From Agathobacter sp. (GTDB taxonomy: Bacteria; Bacillota; Clostridia; Lachnospirales; Lachnospiraceae): a stretch of 64,000 bases of DNA. A model generated the notes under the pieces. That model ran no database searches, had not been told where the DNA came from, and worked only from the letters and a program-made list of their open reading frames with translations. Within the stretch, counting starts at the first letter, position 1; each line of letters starts with the position of its first letter. The translations under genes were made by a program, and so were the position numbers. The stretch covers positions 23,499 through 87,498 of the forward strand of contig JAXJWH010000136.1 of NCBI GenBank assembly GCA_036308125.1. The letters run 5' to 3'. Shown in pieces: positions 27,614-37,577 of this stretch.

Positions 27614-28111
27614 TTATTCTCCCTCCACTTCTTTTGTACCTTTTCCTTTATCTGTAAGTCCAAGTTCTTCGTCTGCCAAAAGTCTTTCCGGATCAAGCAA
27701 CAATTTTACTTCATCTCCAACTCTTCCGATTCCATATACATACTTACTGTGAGTATTATCGTTTTTATTTATGGTAGGCGATGGAATTACATTTTCTTCA
27801 AGAATTTCAACCACCTCTGCTATTTTTTCTACTATAAGCCCTACAACCATATCCTTGATATTTAAAACAATAATACATGTTCGGTCTGTATATTCAAATG
27901 GCTCCTGAACAAATCTAAGCCTTACATCCACAACAGGAATAATCTTTCCTCGTAAATTTATAAGTCCTTTTATATAGCTTTCAGTCTCTGGTACTTCTGT
28001 TATATCCTGATAACAAATTATCTCATTGACATATTCTATTTTTAAACCATAAGTTTCATTTCCGGACTTAAAGGTAACGTATTTGTCCTTTTGTGTTATA
28101 TGTTCAACCAT
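27614..28111 (-). CDS. cheW: Chemotaxis coupling protein CheW
   Basis: 165 aa with the CheW-like pattern YGLKIEYVNEI..INLRGKIIPVVDVR. It sits between the MCP and cheA. Confidence 0.8.
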   Translation of the reverse strand: MVEHITQKDKYVTFKSGNETYGLKIEYVNEIICYQDITEVPETESYIKGLINLRGKIIPVVDVRLRFVQEPFEYTDRTCIIVLNIKDMVVGLIVEKIAEVVEILEENVIPSPTINKNDNTHSKYVYGIGRVGDEVKLLLDPERLLADEELGLTDKGKGTKEVEGE

Positions 28112-28131
28112 ATTATGTCAGTCCTTTCTAC

Positions 28132-30279
28132 TTATTCACAAATAGTTCCAGGATCAAGAATTAATGCAATACTGCCATCTCCTAACTGTGTACAGCCTGA
28201 TAATCCTTTTACCTTTTTAACATAAGATGGAATAGGTTTTACAACTATCTCCTGTTTTCCTACCAGCCTGTCAACGAAAAGACAGATATTTTTTCCGTCA
28301 ACTTCCAAAATAACCATCATGCCATCCTCGACATTTCGCTGATATTCTGATAACCCATACCATTCTCCCAATCTTCTTACAGGGTAACATTCACCTCGTA
28401 TCATTACGCCTTCTTCGCCGCCAGGCTCATGTATCATCATTTTTTCTGTGACACTTACGAACTCCTTAACAACACCGGTTTCAATTACAAACGAAGAATG
28501 TCCTACCTGCATAACGATTCCATCAACAATAGCAAGTGTTAATGGGATTTTTAAATTCATTACACTTCCTTTTCCTGACTCGCTTTCAATTTCCAAAGTT
28601 CCACCGATTTCCTGAAGGTTCGATACTACAACATCCATACCTACACCTCTTCCTGAATATTCGGTAACTTTTTCATTTGTTGAAAAACCTGGAAGTGTAA
28701 TAAACTGATATACTTCCTTATCTGAATATGCACTGTCTGGCTTTGCAGGATCTAAAATTCCCTGTCTTCTAGCCTTTTCCATAATTTTTTCTCTGTCTAA
28801 GCCGGCTCCGTTGTCTGCTACTCCAATCCATACCTTTCCAGATTCAGTCTTGGCAGATAATGTGATTTTTCCTCGCTCAGATTTTCCTGCTGCAATACGT
28901 TCTTCCTTTGATTCAATTCCATGATCCACTGAATTTCTTACAAGATGCATTAAAGGATCAGATATATGCTCTATAATATTTTTATCTACTTCAGTGTTCT
29001 CGCCAATCATTTCAAATTCAATGTCTTTTCCCAATTTTCTTGAAACATCAAATACAATTCGATTCATTTTCTGGAAAGTATTTGCAAGAGGTACCATTCT
29101 CATAGACATAATTACATTTTGTAAATCTGTCGAGATTTTTGACATTTGTGCTGCTGCCTTGTTAAAATTATCTAACTTTAATCCAGGAACTTTCAAATCC
29201 TGATTCTGTAAAACTACTGATTCAGAGATTACCAATTCTCCAATTAAATCCATAAGCATATCCATTTTAGCAATATCAACACTTATAAATGATGTTTTTT
29301 CCTGTTTTGTTTTCTTGTCCTTTGCAAGTTTCTTGCCTTTACCAGGTACTTTTGACTGAACAACATAGTCACCTGGCGCAGGTTTTTTTACTTCCTGAAT
29401 ATTGTTGCTATTATTTTGAGCATTACTTTCAATTTCTTCAACTGAAGAATCCAAATCAATTCGGATTTCAGAACCAATTCCATCAAAACCTTGCATATAC
29501 TCACGTTCAGTACATTCGTATATGTCAACCTTCTTGATATCATATCCAGGTTTAATTATTTTGTGCAATTCACTTTCTTCTTTTTGAGAATGAAGTAAAA
29601 TTTTAAATCCATCCTCTAATATTGTGAGCGCACTTCCTTCATTAGAGATAATATCATCAGGCATATACATTATTTCTTTGGCAATTTCTTTCAAAGCATA
29701 AACAATCTTATATGCATGAACATTTGCTAATTCAATTTCAGGATAATATTCAATATATATCCTATAATAATGACTTTCACCTACCACTGCAGGAGGTATG
29801 TAAAACTGCTGCTTTGATGTTGCAATTTCCCCGGTACTTTCCTCATTATCCTGATTCTTAGCTGTTTTTTCCCCCTTCAAGCCATTTAAAAATTCATCTA
29901 ATCGCTTTATAATCTCTGATGAATCTCCATCAGCTTCATCACCATTTTGAATTTTGTCCATTTCAGCAGTTATAAAATCTGCTACTTCCAAAACATGCTC
30001 CACAAGCTCCACATGCTCCACATTTTTAGGGTGTGATTCTCTTAAATAATAAAACACGTCCTCCAATTTATGTGCAACTGCAGTAATATCATCATACATC
30101 ATAATTGCTGATGAACCTTTTATTGTATGCATTGTTCTGAAAATTTCATTAATACTGTCTTCATCAAAATATTCTTCATCTTTTTGATCTAAAACTATTT
30201 CCTGAAGATTTTCTAACAATTGAGTATTCTCAAATAAATATGTATCAAGCATATCCTCAGTATTGAATTCAACGCCCAT
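28132..30279 (-). CDS. cheA: Chemotaxis histidine kinase CheA
   Basis: HPt motif HTIKGSSAIM, HATPase region DHGIE..DNGAGLD..GRGVGMDVV, and a C-terminal CheW-like domain. Confidence 0.9.
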   Translation of the reverse strand: MGVEFNTEDMLDTYLFENTQLLENLQEIVLDQKDEEYFDEDSINEIFRTMHTIKGSSAIMMYDDITAVAHKLEDVFYYLRESHPKNVEHVELVEHVLEVADFITAEMDKIQNGDEADGDSSEIIKRLDEFLNGLKGEKTAKNQDNEESTGEIATSKQQFYIPPAVVGESHYYRIYIEYYPEIELANVHAYKIVYALKEIAKEIMYMPDDIISNEGSALTILEDGFKILLHSQKEESELHKIIKPGYDIKKVDIYECTEREYMQGFDGIGSEIRIDLDSSVEEIESNAQNNSNNIQEVKKPAPGDYVVQSKVPGKGKKLAKDKKTKQEKTSFISVDIAKMDMLMDLIGELVISESVVLQNQDLKVPGLKLDNFNKAAAQMSKISTDLQNVIMSMRMVPLANTFQKMNRIVFDVSRKLGKDIEFEMIGENTEVDKNIIEHISDPLMHLVRNSVDHGIESKEERIAAGKSERGKITLSAKTESGKVWIGVADNGAGLDREKIMEKARRQGILDPAKPDSAYSDKEVYQFITLPGFSTNEKVTEYSGRGVGMDVVVSNLQEIGGTLEIESESGKGSVMNLKIPLTLAIVDGIVMQVGHSSFVIETGVVKEFVSVTEKMMIHEPGGEEGVMIRGECYPVRRLGEWYGLSEYQRNVEDGMMVILEVDGKNICLFVDRLVGKQEIVVKPIPSYVKKVKGLSGCTQLGDGSIALILDPGTICE

Positions 30280-30312
30280 ACCCTTCTCCTTCCCCCTTTT
30301 CCCTTATATTAT

Positions 30313-30714
30313 CTATTCTACAAATCCTAATTTCTTAAGAGCCTGTTCGAATCTGTTTTGGTCAATTGGTTTTCCTGAATATATTGTGCATCCAAGTTCA
30401 AAAGCCATCTTAACATTTTTTTCTTCATTCAAGGCTGTTGCCATTATTACTTTTACCTGCTTATCTTCTGGAATATTTCTTTCTTTTTCCAGATTTCTAA
30501 TCCCCATTAAAGCCTGATAACCATCCATAACAGGCATCATAATATCAAGACAAACCAAATCATAAGGTTCATCTTCTTCCAATGCAAGCATAAATGCATC
30601 TACAGCTTCACTTCCATCCACTGTTACATCGCATTCTCCATATTTTGATAAAAAATTTGCCATAAATTTTCTAGTAACAAAATCATCCTCTGCCAATAAT
30701 ATCTTCATCTTCAA
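30313..30714 (-). CDS. Single-domain response regulator (CheY-like)
   Basis: 133 aa. LAEDD, CLDIMMPVMDG, MATA and GKP positions are all present. Confidence 0.8.
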   Translation of the reverse strand: MKMKILLAEDDFVTRKFMANFLSKYGECDVTVDGSEAVDAFMLALEEDEPYDLVCLDIMMPVMDGYQALMGIRNLEKERNIPEDKQVKVIMATALNEEKNVKMAFELGCTIYSGKPIDQNRFEQALKKLGFVE

Positions 30715-30720
30715 TTCTCC

Positions 30721-31743
30721 TTACATTTGATTTAATAAATTATATGTTCTCTTAGGAATATCGGTTAGTTTCTCCTGATACTGTACAGCTCCTATATCAT
30801 ATGCTACCTTTGGCATCCCATAAACAACACATGTGCTTTCATCCTGACCAATGGTTTTTGCTCCCATCTGCCGCATATTTAAAAGTCCTCTTGCTCCGTC
30901 AGCCCCCATCCCCGTCAGAAGTATACCTATGGCATTACTTTGTGCAACCGAGGCAACTGACTCAAATAAAACATCAACTGACGGACAATGTCCGTTAATT
31001 TTTGGACCTTTTCTCAAATCAATTTTATAATTTTTACCAGATTTACAAATCCTCATTTGACAATTTCCCCCAGGAGCAATTAAAACCTGTCCTGGTAAAA
31101 CCAAATCCCCATTTACCGCTTCCTTAACTGTCACCCTGCACTGGTCATTCAATCGCTTTGCATACATCTGTGTAAATCCTGGTGGCATATGCTGAACCAC
31201 AACCACCCCCGGAATGTCAACTCCAAATTCCTTAACTACACTTGCAATTGCTTCTGTTCCTCCAGTGGATGCTCCAATTGCTATAAGCAACTCTCTTTTA
31301 TTTTCAGCCACAAATCTTTTTGCCGGATTTTTCTTTTTTATAAAACTAATTCTGGCAGTTGAAGCAATTTTAATTTTCACTGGAAGTTCTCTTTTGATAA
31401 ATCTTTCCAACGCACTTTTTTCAGAAACAACAGGTTTTGCTACAAAATCAACTGCCCCTGCCTGCATTGCATCGAATACTTTATCATTCAGTGAACTAAT
31501 AACAACCACCGGAATCGGATATTGAGGAATTAATTTTCTTAAAAAATCTATTCCATTCATCTTGGGTAACTCTATATCCAAAGTCATAACATCCGGCTGA
31601 TATTCTATGATTTTATCTCTGGCTTCATATGGGTCAACAGCTGTTGCAACTACTTCTATGGAAGAATCGCTATTTAATCCATTTACCAGCAATTCCCTGA
31701 ATACAGCTGAGTCCTCAACCACCAATACTCGAATTTTTCTCAT
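30721..31743 (-). CDS. cheB: Protein-glutamate methylesterase CheB (receiver + esterase)
   Basis: VLVVEDS receiver; esterase motifs GASTGG, VQHMP and TGMGADG. Confidence 0.9.
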   Translation of the reverse strand: MRKIRVLVVEDSAVFRELLVNGLNSDSSIEVVATAVDPYEARDKIIEYQPDVMTLDIELPKMNGIDFLRKLIPQYPIPVVVISSLNDKVFDAMQAGAVDFVAKPVVSEKSALERFIKRELPVKIKIASTARISFIKKKNPAKRFVAENKRELLIAIGASTGGTEAIASVVKEFGVDIPGVVVVQHMPPGFTQMYAKRLNDQCRVTVKEAVNGDLVLPGQVLIAPGGNCQMRICKSGKNYKIDLRKGPKINGHCPSVDVLFESVASVAQSNAIGILLTGMGADGARGLLNMRQMGAKTIGQDESTCVVYGMPKVAYDIGAVQYQEKLTDIPKRTYNLLNQM

Positions 31744-31754
31744 ATTATATCCCC

Positions 31755-32558
31755 CTATTTAATAAAAATAGACGGACTTACCAATTTAAATGGCACCACG
31801 TTTCTATTTAATGTTTCTGTTTTGCCAAGAAACAAATATCCTCCCGGCTCTAAACAGTCATATATCTTTTTTAATATTTTATTTTTAGTCGGCTCATCAA
31901 AATATATCAATACATTTCTCAAAAACACAACATTCATTTTTTTCTTAAAAGGAAAATTACTCATTAAATTAAATTTCCTAAACAAAACTTCTTTTTTCAG
32001 TTCCTCTTTAACCTCAAATTCATTTGTGCCGGGAATCTGCTTAAAAAATCGTCTTTTCCAATTGTCCGGAACAGGAGCTATCTGCTCATCAGTATAAATT
32101 CCCTTTATCGCCTGAAGCAATACTTCTGTTGACACATCCGTTGCAAGAACCGTTGTATCCCATTTCCCAAATTCCAATCCAAAAAAATCACTTAATATCA
32201 TTGCTATGGTATAAGGTTCTTCTCCTGATGATGCCGCCGCACACCATATCCTTATATCTTTGGATGCTTCTTCTTTCCTTTTTAGTTCTGGCAGTACTTT
32301 ATTTTTTAAAAAATCAAAATGCTCAGCTTCTCTCATAAAATATGTATGATTAGTAGTCAGATGGTCAACCAGCTTTTTTTCCAATTCTCCGGTTATATCT
32401 TTTTCCACATCATTCATATATGCAGTATAGCTTGTCCAGCCTTCAAACCTAAGATAATTATCCAGTCTGCCTTCTATGATTTTTTGTTTATTGGATAAAT
32501 CTATACCATAATGTTTTTTTACAAAATCCCTAATCCTTATATATTCCTGCTCCGTCAT
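31755..32558 (-). CDS. cheR: Chemotaxis protein methyltransferase CheR
   Basis: TNHTYFMRE and IWCAAASSGEEPYT motifs. Confidence 0.9.
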   Translation of the reverse strand: MTEQEYIRIRDFVKKHYGIDLSNKQKIIEGRLDNYLRFEGWTSYTAYMNDVEKDITGELEKKLVDHLTTNHTYFMREAEHFDFLKNKVLPELKRKEEASKDIRIWCAAASSGEEPYTIAMILSDFFGLEFGKWDTTVLATDVSTEVLLQAIKGIYTDEQIAPVPDNWKRRFFKQIPGTNEFEVKEELKKEVLFRKFNLMSNFPFKKKMNVVFLRNVLIYFDEPTKNKILKKIYDCLEPGGYLFLGKTETLNRNVVPFKLVSPSIFIK

Positions 32559-32569
32559 AACTTCCCCAC

Positions 32570-33640
32570 CTATCGAAATTGTCTTGATATCTTTTTACAT
32601 ATATCAAAAATGTCTGAATTAAATGTTTGTCCCGAAGATTTTTCCATTATTTCTAACGCTTCTTCCCTTGTATATGCATCCCTGTATAATCTTTTCTCTG
32701 TTAATGCACAATATGTACTTATCATACTGACAATTTGTGCCGAAAGTGGAATTTCATCTCCTTTAAGTCCACATGGATAGCCTGTTCCATCCCATTTTTC
32801 ATGATGATAATTGGCTATATCTATGGACATCTGAACGAAATCGTTGTAATCCCCATGAGTTCTTATATCCTTTAAAATCTTTGCCCCTCTGGTGGTATGG
32901 GTTTCCATGATTTTTCTTTCTGATTCTGACAATTCACCATTTTTTTGAAGTATTTCCGTAGGGATTGCCACATTACCTAAATCACAAAGAGGAGCTGCAA
33001 GCTCTATCGTTTCTACAAATGTATCTGATATAATCTGCTCGTAATTTGGTGATAATTGCAACGCCTGGGACAATATTTTGCAGTTGAATTGCAATCTTTC
33101 CATGTGTTCTTCATCATAACAGGCATTTTCCCTTGCAACACTTACAAGCGCATATAGCACGTTTTTCTTTTCCTGCTCCATCTGTTTTAATTGTTCCTGC
33201 ACCGATGCAACAAGCTGTCTGTTAACACTTTGCAATGTATTTGTGGCATCTGCAAGTTTTAGATGAACACTAACCCTTGCCTGAACAACTTCCTGAATAA
33301 AAGGTTTTGTTATATAATCTTCTCCACCAAGTGTAAACCCCTTAATAATATCCTCAGGTTCATCAAATGCAGAAATAAAAATAATTGGAATATCCCTTGT
33401 TTCCGGCTTATTTTTTATAATTCCACAGAATTCATATCCATCCATTTCAGGCATTGCAACATCTAGAAGAATTAAACTTGGAATTACTTTTTCTAGAATT
33501 TTTAAAGCCTGAATTCCATTTTCTGCCAGAATAGGTTTATTTCCCATATCTGATATTATATTTCGAAGCACAAAACGATTAGTTTCAACATCATCTACTA
33601 TTAGAATTTTTTTTGAATTAACGCTTTGAACATTATCCAT
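32570..33640 (-). CDS. Response regulator with HD-GYP domain (predicted c-di-GMP phosphodiesterase)
   Basis: Receiver ILIVDDVETN..LLDVAMPEMDG; HD-GYP signature HHEKWDGTGYP. Confidence 0.85.
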   Translation of the reverse strand: MDNVQSVNSKKILIVDDVETNRFVLRNIISDMGNKPILAENGIQALKILEKVIPSLILLDVAMPEMDGYEFCGIIKNKPETRDIPIIFISAFDEPEDIIKGFTLGGEDYITKPFIQEVVQARVSVHLKLADATNTLQSVNRQLVASVQEQLKQMEQEKKNVLYALVSVARENACYDEEHMERLQFNCKILSQALQLSPNYEQIISDTFVETIELAAPLCDLGNVAIPTEILQKNGELSESERKIMETHTTRGAKILKDIRTHGDYNDFVQMSIDIANYHHEKWDGTGYPCGLKGDEIPLSAQIVSMISTYCALTEKRLYRDAYTREEALEIMEKSSGQTFNSDIFDICKKISRQFR

Positions 33641-33651
33641 GAAACTCTCCC

Positions 33652-35067
33652 CTAACCATCTATAAGTACCTTCAACTGTTCATAAACGGCATTTATTTTA
33701 TCAGAATCCGCCTTTTGAACTGCCATCTTCAATCGTAATGCTGCTGTTTTAATTTCTTTTGGCGCATTAGATGTCAACTGCTTAAGTGATTCACTGAAAT
33801 TTTCTGCCTTCTCCCAATTATCCATATCAACACACAAAATAATCTTTGAAAGCTGTGTTCTTATTTCTTCTAAATTCTCCACAGAACCATACACCAGCAT
33901 ATTATCTTCTTCCTGCGACATATCTTTAAAACCAGCTGGCTTAAAATCATTAAGACTGTTCTTTACAGAATCCATCTCGTCATCAGGTATCTCAACCCAG
34001 ATTGAAAAGGAAAACATTGTTCCTTTATTTTTTTCACTATCAACTGTTATATTTCCACCCATTAAGGTAACAAGCTGTTTTGATATATTTAACCCTAATC
34101 CCGTTCCGCCATATTTTCTGGAAATCGATGCATCTACCTGACTAAAACTTTTGAATAATTTGTCTAAATCGCTCTTGTCAATTCCTATTCCAGTATCCAA
34201 AACCATAAAGAACAACTCTATTCTGTTATTATCCTGAGCCGTCTTTAAAACTTCCAGAGAAACTTTTCCGACATGCGTAAATTTACACGCATTCGACAAT
34301 AAATTATTAAGTACCTGACCGATTCTTAACTCATCACCTATTACAAACTCCGGCACTTCTGGCGAAACCGTCACGAAAAACTTTAATCCTTTTTCTGTAA
34401 TTTTAGGCATATGCGTTGACTTTACATAATCAATCATACTTCTAAATTCAAATTTTCTATATTCTAATGTGAATTTTCCGGCCTCAAGTTTCGAAAAATC
34501 CAAAATACTGTTAATCAGATTATTCATCTCTTTGCACCCATGCTCAATGGTATGCAAAATCTTTATTTTTTCTGTATCTTCCTCTGATTCTAACAAAATG
34601 TTAGTATTACCAAGAATTCCATTAACCGGTGTACGCAATTCATGGGTTACATTAGCAACAAACTCATTCTTTACTTTGTCAACATCTGTTGACTCCTGTT
34701 TCACTTGTTCAATTTCTTTTTTTAGAGAATACACCCCGGATATGTTAATTATCATTATTAGAAATGGATATTCAAAGTCCCCCGTTTTAATCCCCTTAAC
34801 CTGAGCCCTGAAACATGTTTTATTTTTTCTGTAAACCATCATCTCATGAATCGAACCATCATAATGTAATATATCATCAAGATTAGTATTTCCCCCTGAT
34901 GTGCCCTCAGGAAGCACAACATTCAAATCTAACCCTCTCATATCATCATATCCAAGTTCAAGACATGCACTTTTATTTGATAAAATAACTCTTTTTTTGC
35001 TATCATGAATTATCACATATTCCAGTGACTCTTCCATCATGCACTTCCAAAATATGCTATTTGTCAT
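33652..35067 (-). CDS. PAS-domain histidine kinase with C-terminal helical HPt-like tail
   Basis: H-box THELRTPVNGILG and G-boxes are present. No TM segment, so it is probably cytoplasmic. First gene of the Che-like operon. Confidence 0.8.
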   Translation of the reverse strand: MTNSIFWKCMMEESLEYVIIHDSKKRVILSNKSACLELGYDDMRGLDLNVVLPEGTSGGNTNLDDILHYDGSIHEMMVYRKNKTCFRAQVKGIKTGDFEYPFLIMIINISGVYSLKKEIEQVKQESTDVDKVKNEFVANVTHELRTPVNGILGNTNILLESEEDTEKIKILHTIEHGCKEMNNLINSILDFSKLEAGKFTLEYRKFEFRSMIDYVKSTHMPKITEKGLKFFVTVSPEVPEFVIGDELRIGQVLNNLLSNACKFTHVGKVSLEVLKTAQDNNRIELFFMVLDTGIGIDKSDLDKLFKSFSQVDASISRKYGGTGLGLNISKQLVTLMGGNITVDSEKNKGTMFSFSIWVEIPDDEMDSVKNSLNDFKPAGFKDMSQEEDNMLVYGSVENLEEIRTQLSKIILCVDMDNWEKAENFSESLKQLTSNAPKEIKTAALRLKMAVQKADSDKINAVYEQLKVLIDG

Positions 35068-35139
35068 AAAATATCTCCCAATAAATAAAATACACCTATA
35101 TTCTTAATTATAAATTTTATAATAAAGTTTTGCAAGCAT

Positions 35140-35148
35140 ATTATAACA
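35140..35148 (-). promoter_or_regulatory. Candidate extended -10 promoter element (TGTTATAAT) for the Che-like operon
   Basis: The reverse complement of attataaca reads TGTTATAAT, about 70 nt upstream of the ATG at 35067. The -35 is weak (TGTGAA). No other support. Confidence 0.35.
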
Positions 35149-35283
35149 CTTTAGTACTATTTTTCACATTATGATGGTACTTTAGCTCTATTTTACCACA
35201 TTTTAATATAATATAGCAATATATTTGTAATTTTTATTTAGTACTTTTGACAAATTTTTATTCATCCCTTCAACTAATGTGCA

Positions 35284-35320
35284 TAAAAAATATCCGAAAC
35301 AATAATATTATTTCGGATAT
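35284..35320 (-). terminator. Terminator of the small Cys-rich protein gene
   Basis: 10-bp stem atatccgaaa/tttcggatat, followed on the minus strand by a T-run. Confidence 0.7.
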
Positions 35321-35331
35321 CTATAGTCATT

Positions 35332-35487
35332 TTATTCATTTTTTGATTTATTACAATTGCATCCTCCACTACACTGTGAAGAATTAGGGCAACCTATACA
35401 AGCGCCATTTTTCTTAGCTTTAACAATATATCTGATTGCAAAAAATAATACAACACATAAAATCAGAACAACAATAATATCTGCCAT
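35332..35487 (-). CDS. 51-aa FeoB-associated Cys-rich membrane protein family (absent from the ORF track)
   Basis: Translation MADIIVVLILCVVLFFAIRYIVKAKKNGACIGCPNSSQCSGGCNCNKSKNE: an N-terminal TM segment plus a Cys-rich tail. RBS AGGAGGA. Confidence 0.6.
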   Translation of the reverse strand: MADIIVVLILCVVLFFAIRYIVKAKKNGACIGCPNSSQCSGGCNCNKSKNE

Positions 35488-35579
35488 ATAAATCCTCCTG
35501 GATACTTCCAACTATGTTAGTTACATATAACTAAGCTTAGAATACACTATCCTTCAATCAAAGTCAATAAATATTTTTC

Positions 35580-36995
35580 TTACAACAGATATCTAAAAGG
35601 TTTCGTAACAACCTTTAGAATATTATAATCTCGTTCCTTTTTGGCACTTAATTTTCTTTCTTTATAATTTTCCCCCTCTATTTCTGTCCCATTTGATAAA
35701 ACCTGCAGACTTTTTCCTTTATAATCTTTTGAAATCTCTTTGATGTGAGAATTCAGTTCTTCACTATCTATCACAATCATTAATTCTGTATCAAGATAAG
35801 TACTTCGCATATCAAGATTATAAGAACCAACAACTGAAATATTATCATCCAGTAAAACAGTTTTTGTATGCACTGCATACTCATTCATCAATTCATAAAT
35901 GTCAATTCCGGTTTTTAATAAATCACCTTTATTATTTAAATAATCCGTACACCCCCAAGGATTAGAACCTTTCTCTACTGCATTAATTATTACTTCAATT
36001 TCTGAGTTTTTTTCTATATTATTAAAAACTTTATACATTTTATCGTTACATATTGCATAAGGAGTCTGTATCATAATTGATTCTCTTTTTAATGCCAGTT
36101 GTTCTATTGCATAAAGAATACGTGGTTCTTTATTTTTTGCAAAAGTTTCATTGGAAATCAATGTTATTTTATTTGCATCAAATGTATCTTTCTCCCAATC
36201 ATTATATTTATCAAAATCTTCATATTTATCTATTAACTTAATATATTTTTCATCAAGCAATCTGCCTGCTTTTTCTTTCCTTTGGTCATTAATTTTATCA
36301 TTTACATTTTCTACGCAGGATTCATTCCATATTATATTGAAATAATCTAATAACTGTCTGTAGGATTCACCTTCCCCATCAACTGTATTATATACCAATA
36401 TATCTCTATCTACATTTGAACCCTTATGCAATTCTCCAAGAAAAATATCATTAGTATTTCTTCCACCCAGTAAATACATCTTATCATCTATAATAATGTA
36501 CTTATCATGCATTCTATAATTCAATTTATATATGTTACTAATTCGAACCGGATTATAAAATCGTGCTTCCACATTCTGATGCTGACACAATGTTTTGAAA
36601 ATATCACAATCTTTCAGATATATTTTTTCATACGCACCATCAATCAACAATCGAACTTTAACACCTTTTTGAGCTGAATTATATAATGCCGACATAACCG
36701 CACTTCCACTTTCATCCCCACGCAAATCAAAAGTAGCCATTATAATTGATTTCTTCGCATTAGAAATCATTCTCAATCTCCACAAAAGTGCCTCATCATT
36801 ATCGTCTATACTAAGAATTTTCTCTGTACCTTCAGACTCACTTTCGAAATTCAGCTGTGACAAATATTCTTTATAAGATGAATCTACATCTTTATGAAAT
36901 GCCGGCCAGACAATATTAACACACAAAACGGATAGTATAAAAAACACTAACACATACTTAACCATCTTAGTTACATTAACTTTCATATTTCTCAA
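35580..36995 (-). CDS. Phospholipase D / cardiolipin synthase-like protein (two HKD-type motifs), N-terminal TM anchor
   Basis: HDKYIIIDD...GGRN and HTKTVLLDD...GSYN motifs. Its start overlaps the upstream gene's stop by 4 nt. Confidence 0.75.
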   Translation of the reverse strand: MRNMKVNVTKMVKYVLVFFILSVLCVNIVWPAFHKDVDSSYKEYLSQLNFESESEGTEKILSIDDNDEALLWRLRMISNAKKSIIMATFDLRGDESGSAVMSALYNSAQKGVKVRLLIDGAYEKIYLKDCDIFKTLCQHQNVEARFYNPVRISNIYKLNYRMHDKYIIIDDKMYLLGGRNTNDIFLGELHKGSNVDRDILVYNTVDGEGESYRQLLDYFNIIWNESCVENVNDKINDQRKEKAGRLLDEKYIKLIDKYEDFDKYNDWEKDTFDANKITLISNETFAKNKEPRILYAIEQLALKRESIMIQTPYAICNDKMYKVFNNIEKNSEIEVIINAVEKGSNPWGCTDYLNNKGDLLKTGIDIYELMNEYAVHTKTVLLDDNISVVGSYNLDMRSTYLDTELMIVIDSEELNSHIKEISKDYKGKSLQVLSNGTEIEGENYKERKLSAKKERDYNILKVVTKPFRYLL

Positions 36996-37567
36996 AAACT
37001 TTCTAAATTATTTTCTTTTATCCTTTTAAAATTTGTAACTGTATATATAAACATAGAAATAATCATCATACACATGCATATTATTATCAGACAATTTGAC
37101 AGGTAAGCAGGTATATTCCCCCATATAACATGCAATACCATTATCGCATACAACAAACAGGTATTAATTTTACCATGCAAGTCTGCGCCATAAACTTTAC
37201 CTGTTTTTTTCATTACAATTAGATTTAATGTGCCATTTAAAATTTCCTTAACCACAAGAAGTCCAAAAAGCAACAAAATATTAGGAAATTTAGTAATCAG
37301 GCAAAAAAGCATAATGCCTTGCGTTAGCTTATCCGCAATCGGATCTAACGCTTTTCCAAGATTACTTACCATATTGAACTTTCTGGCTATATATCCATCT
37401 GTCACATCTGTAAAACCTGACAACATAATAACTGCCATTGTCCATAAATATTCCCCTTTAATGCAATAACACCACACCATAACCGGTATCAAAAGTAACC
37501 TAAACACAGTCAGAATATTAGGTATTGTTATGATCTTATTACTAGCTTCCTTACTATCTGTATTCAT
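36992..37567 (-). CDS. CDP-alcohol phosphatidyltransferase family protein
   Basis: DVTDGYIARKFNMVSNLGKALDPIADK matches the D-G-x2-A-R..G..D-x3-D motif. Polytopic membrane protein. Confidence 0.8.
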   Translation of the reverse strand: MNTDSKEASNKIITIPNILTVFRLLLIPVMVWCYCIKGEYLWTMAVIMLSGFTDVTDGYIARKFNMVSNLGKALDPIADKLTQGIMLFCLITKFPNILLLFGLLVVKEILNGTLNLIVMKKTGKVYGADLHGKINTCLLYAIMVLHVIWGNIPAYLSNCLIIICMCMMIISMFIYTVTNFKRIKENNLESF

Positions 37568-37577
37568 TTAATTCCAC

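Noticed and set aside
35150-35206. Imperfect direct repeat (ACTTTAG-N3-CTATTTT-N-CACATT, two copies about 33 bp apart) in the promoter region of the Che-like operon.
   Set aside because: The sequence is AT-rich with one indel and several mismatches, so chance similarity in low-complexity DNA cannot be excluded. It is not reported as a regulatory site.
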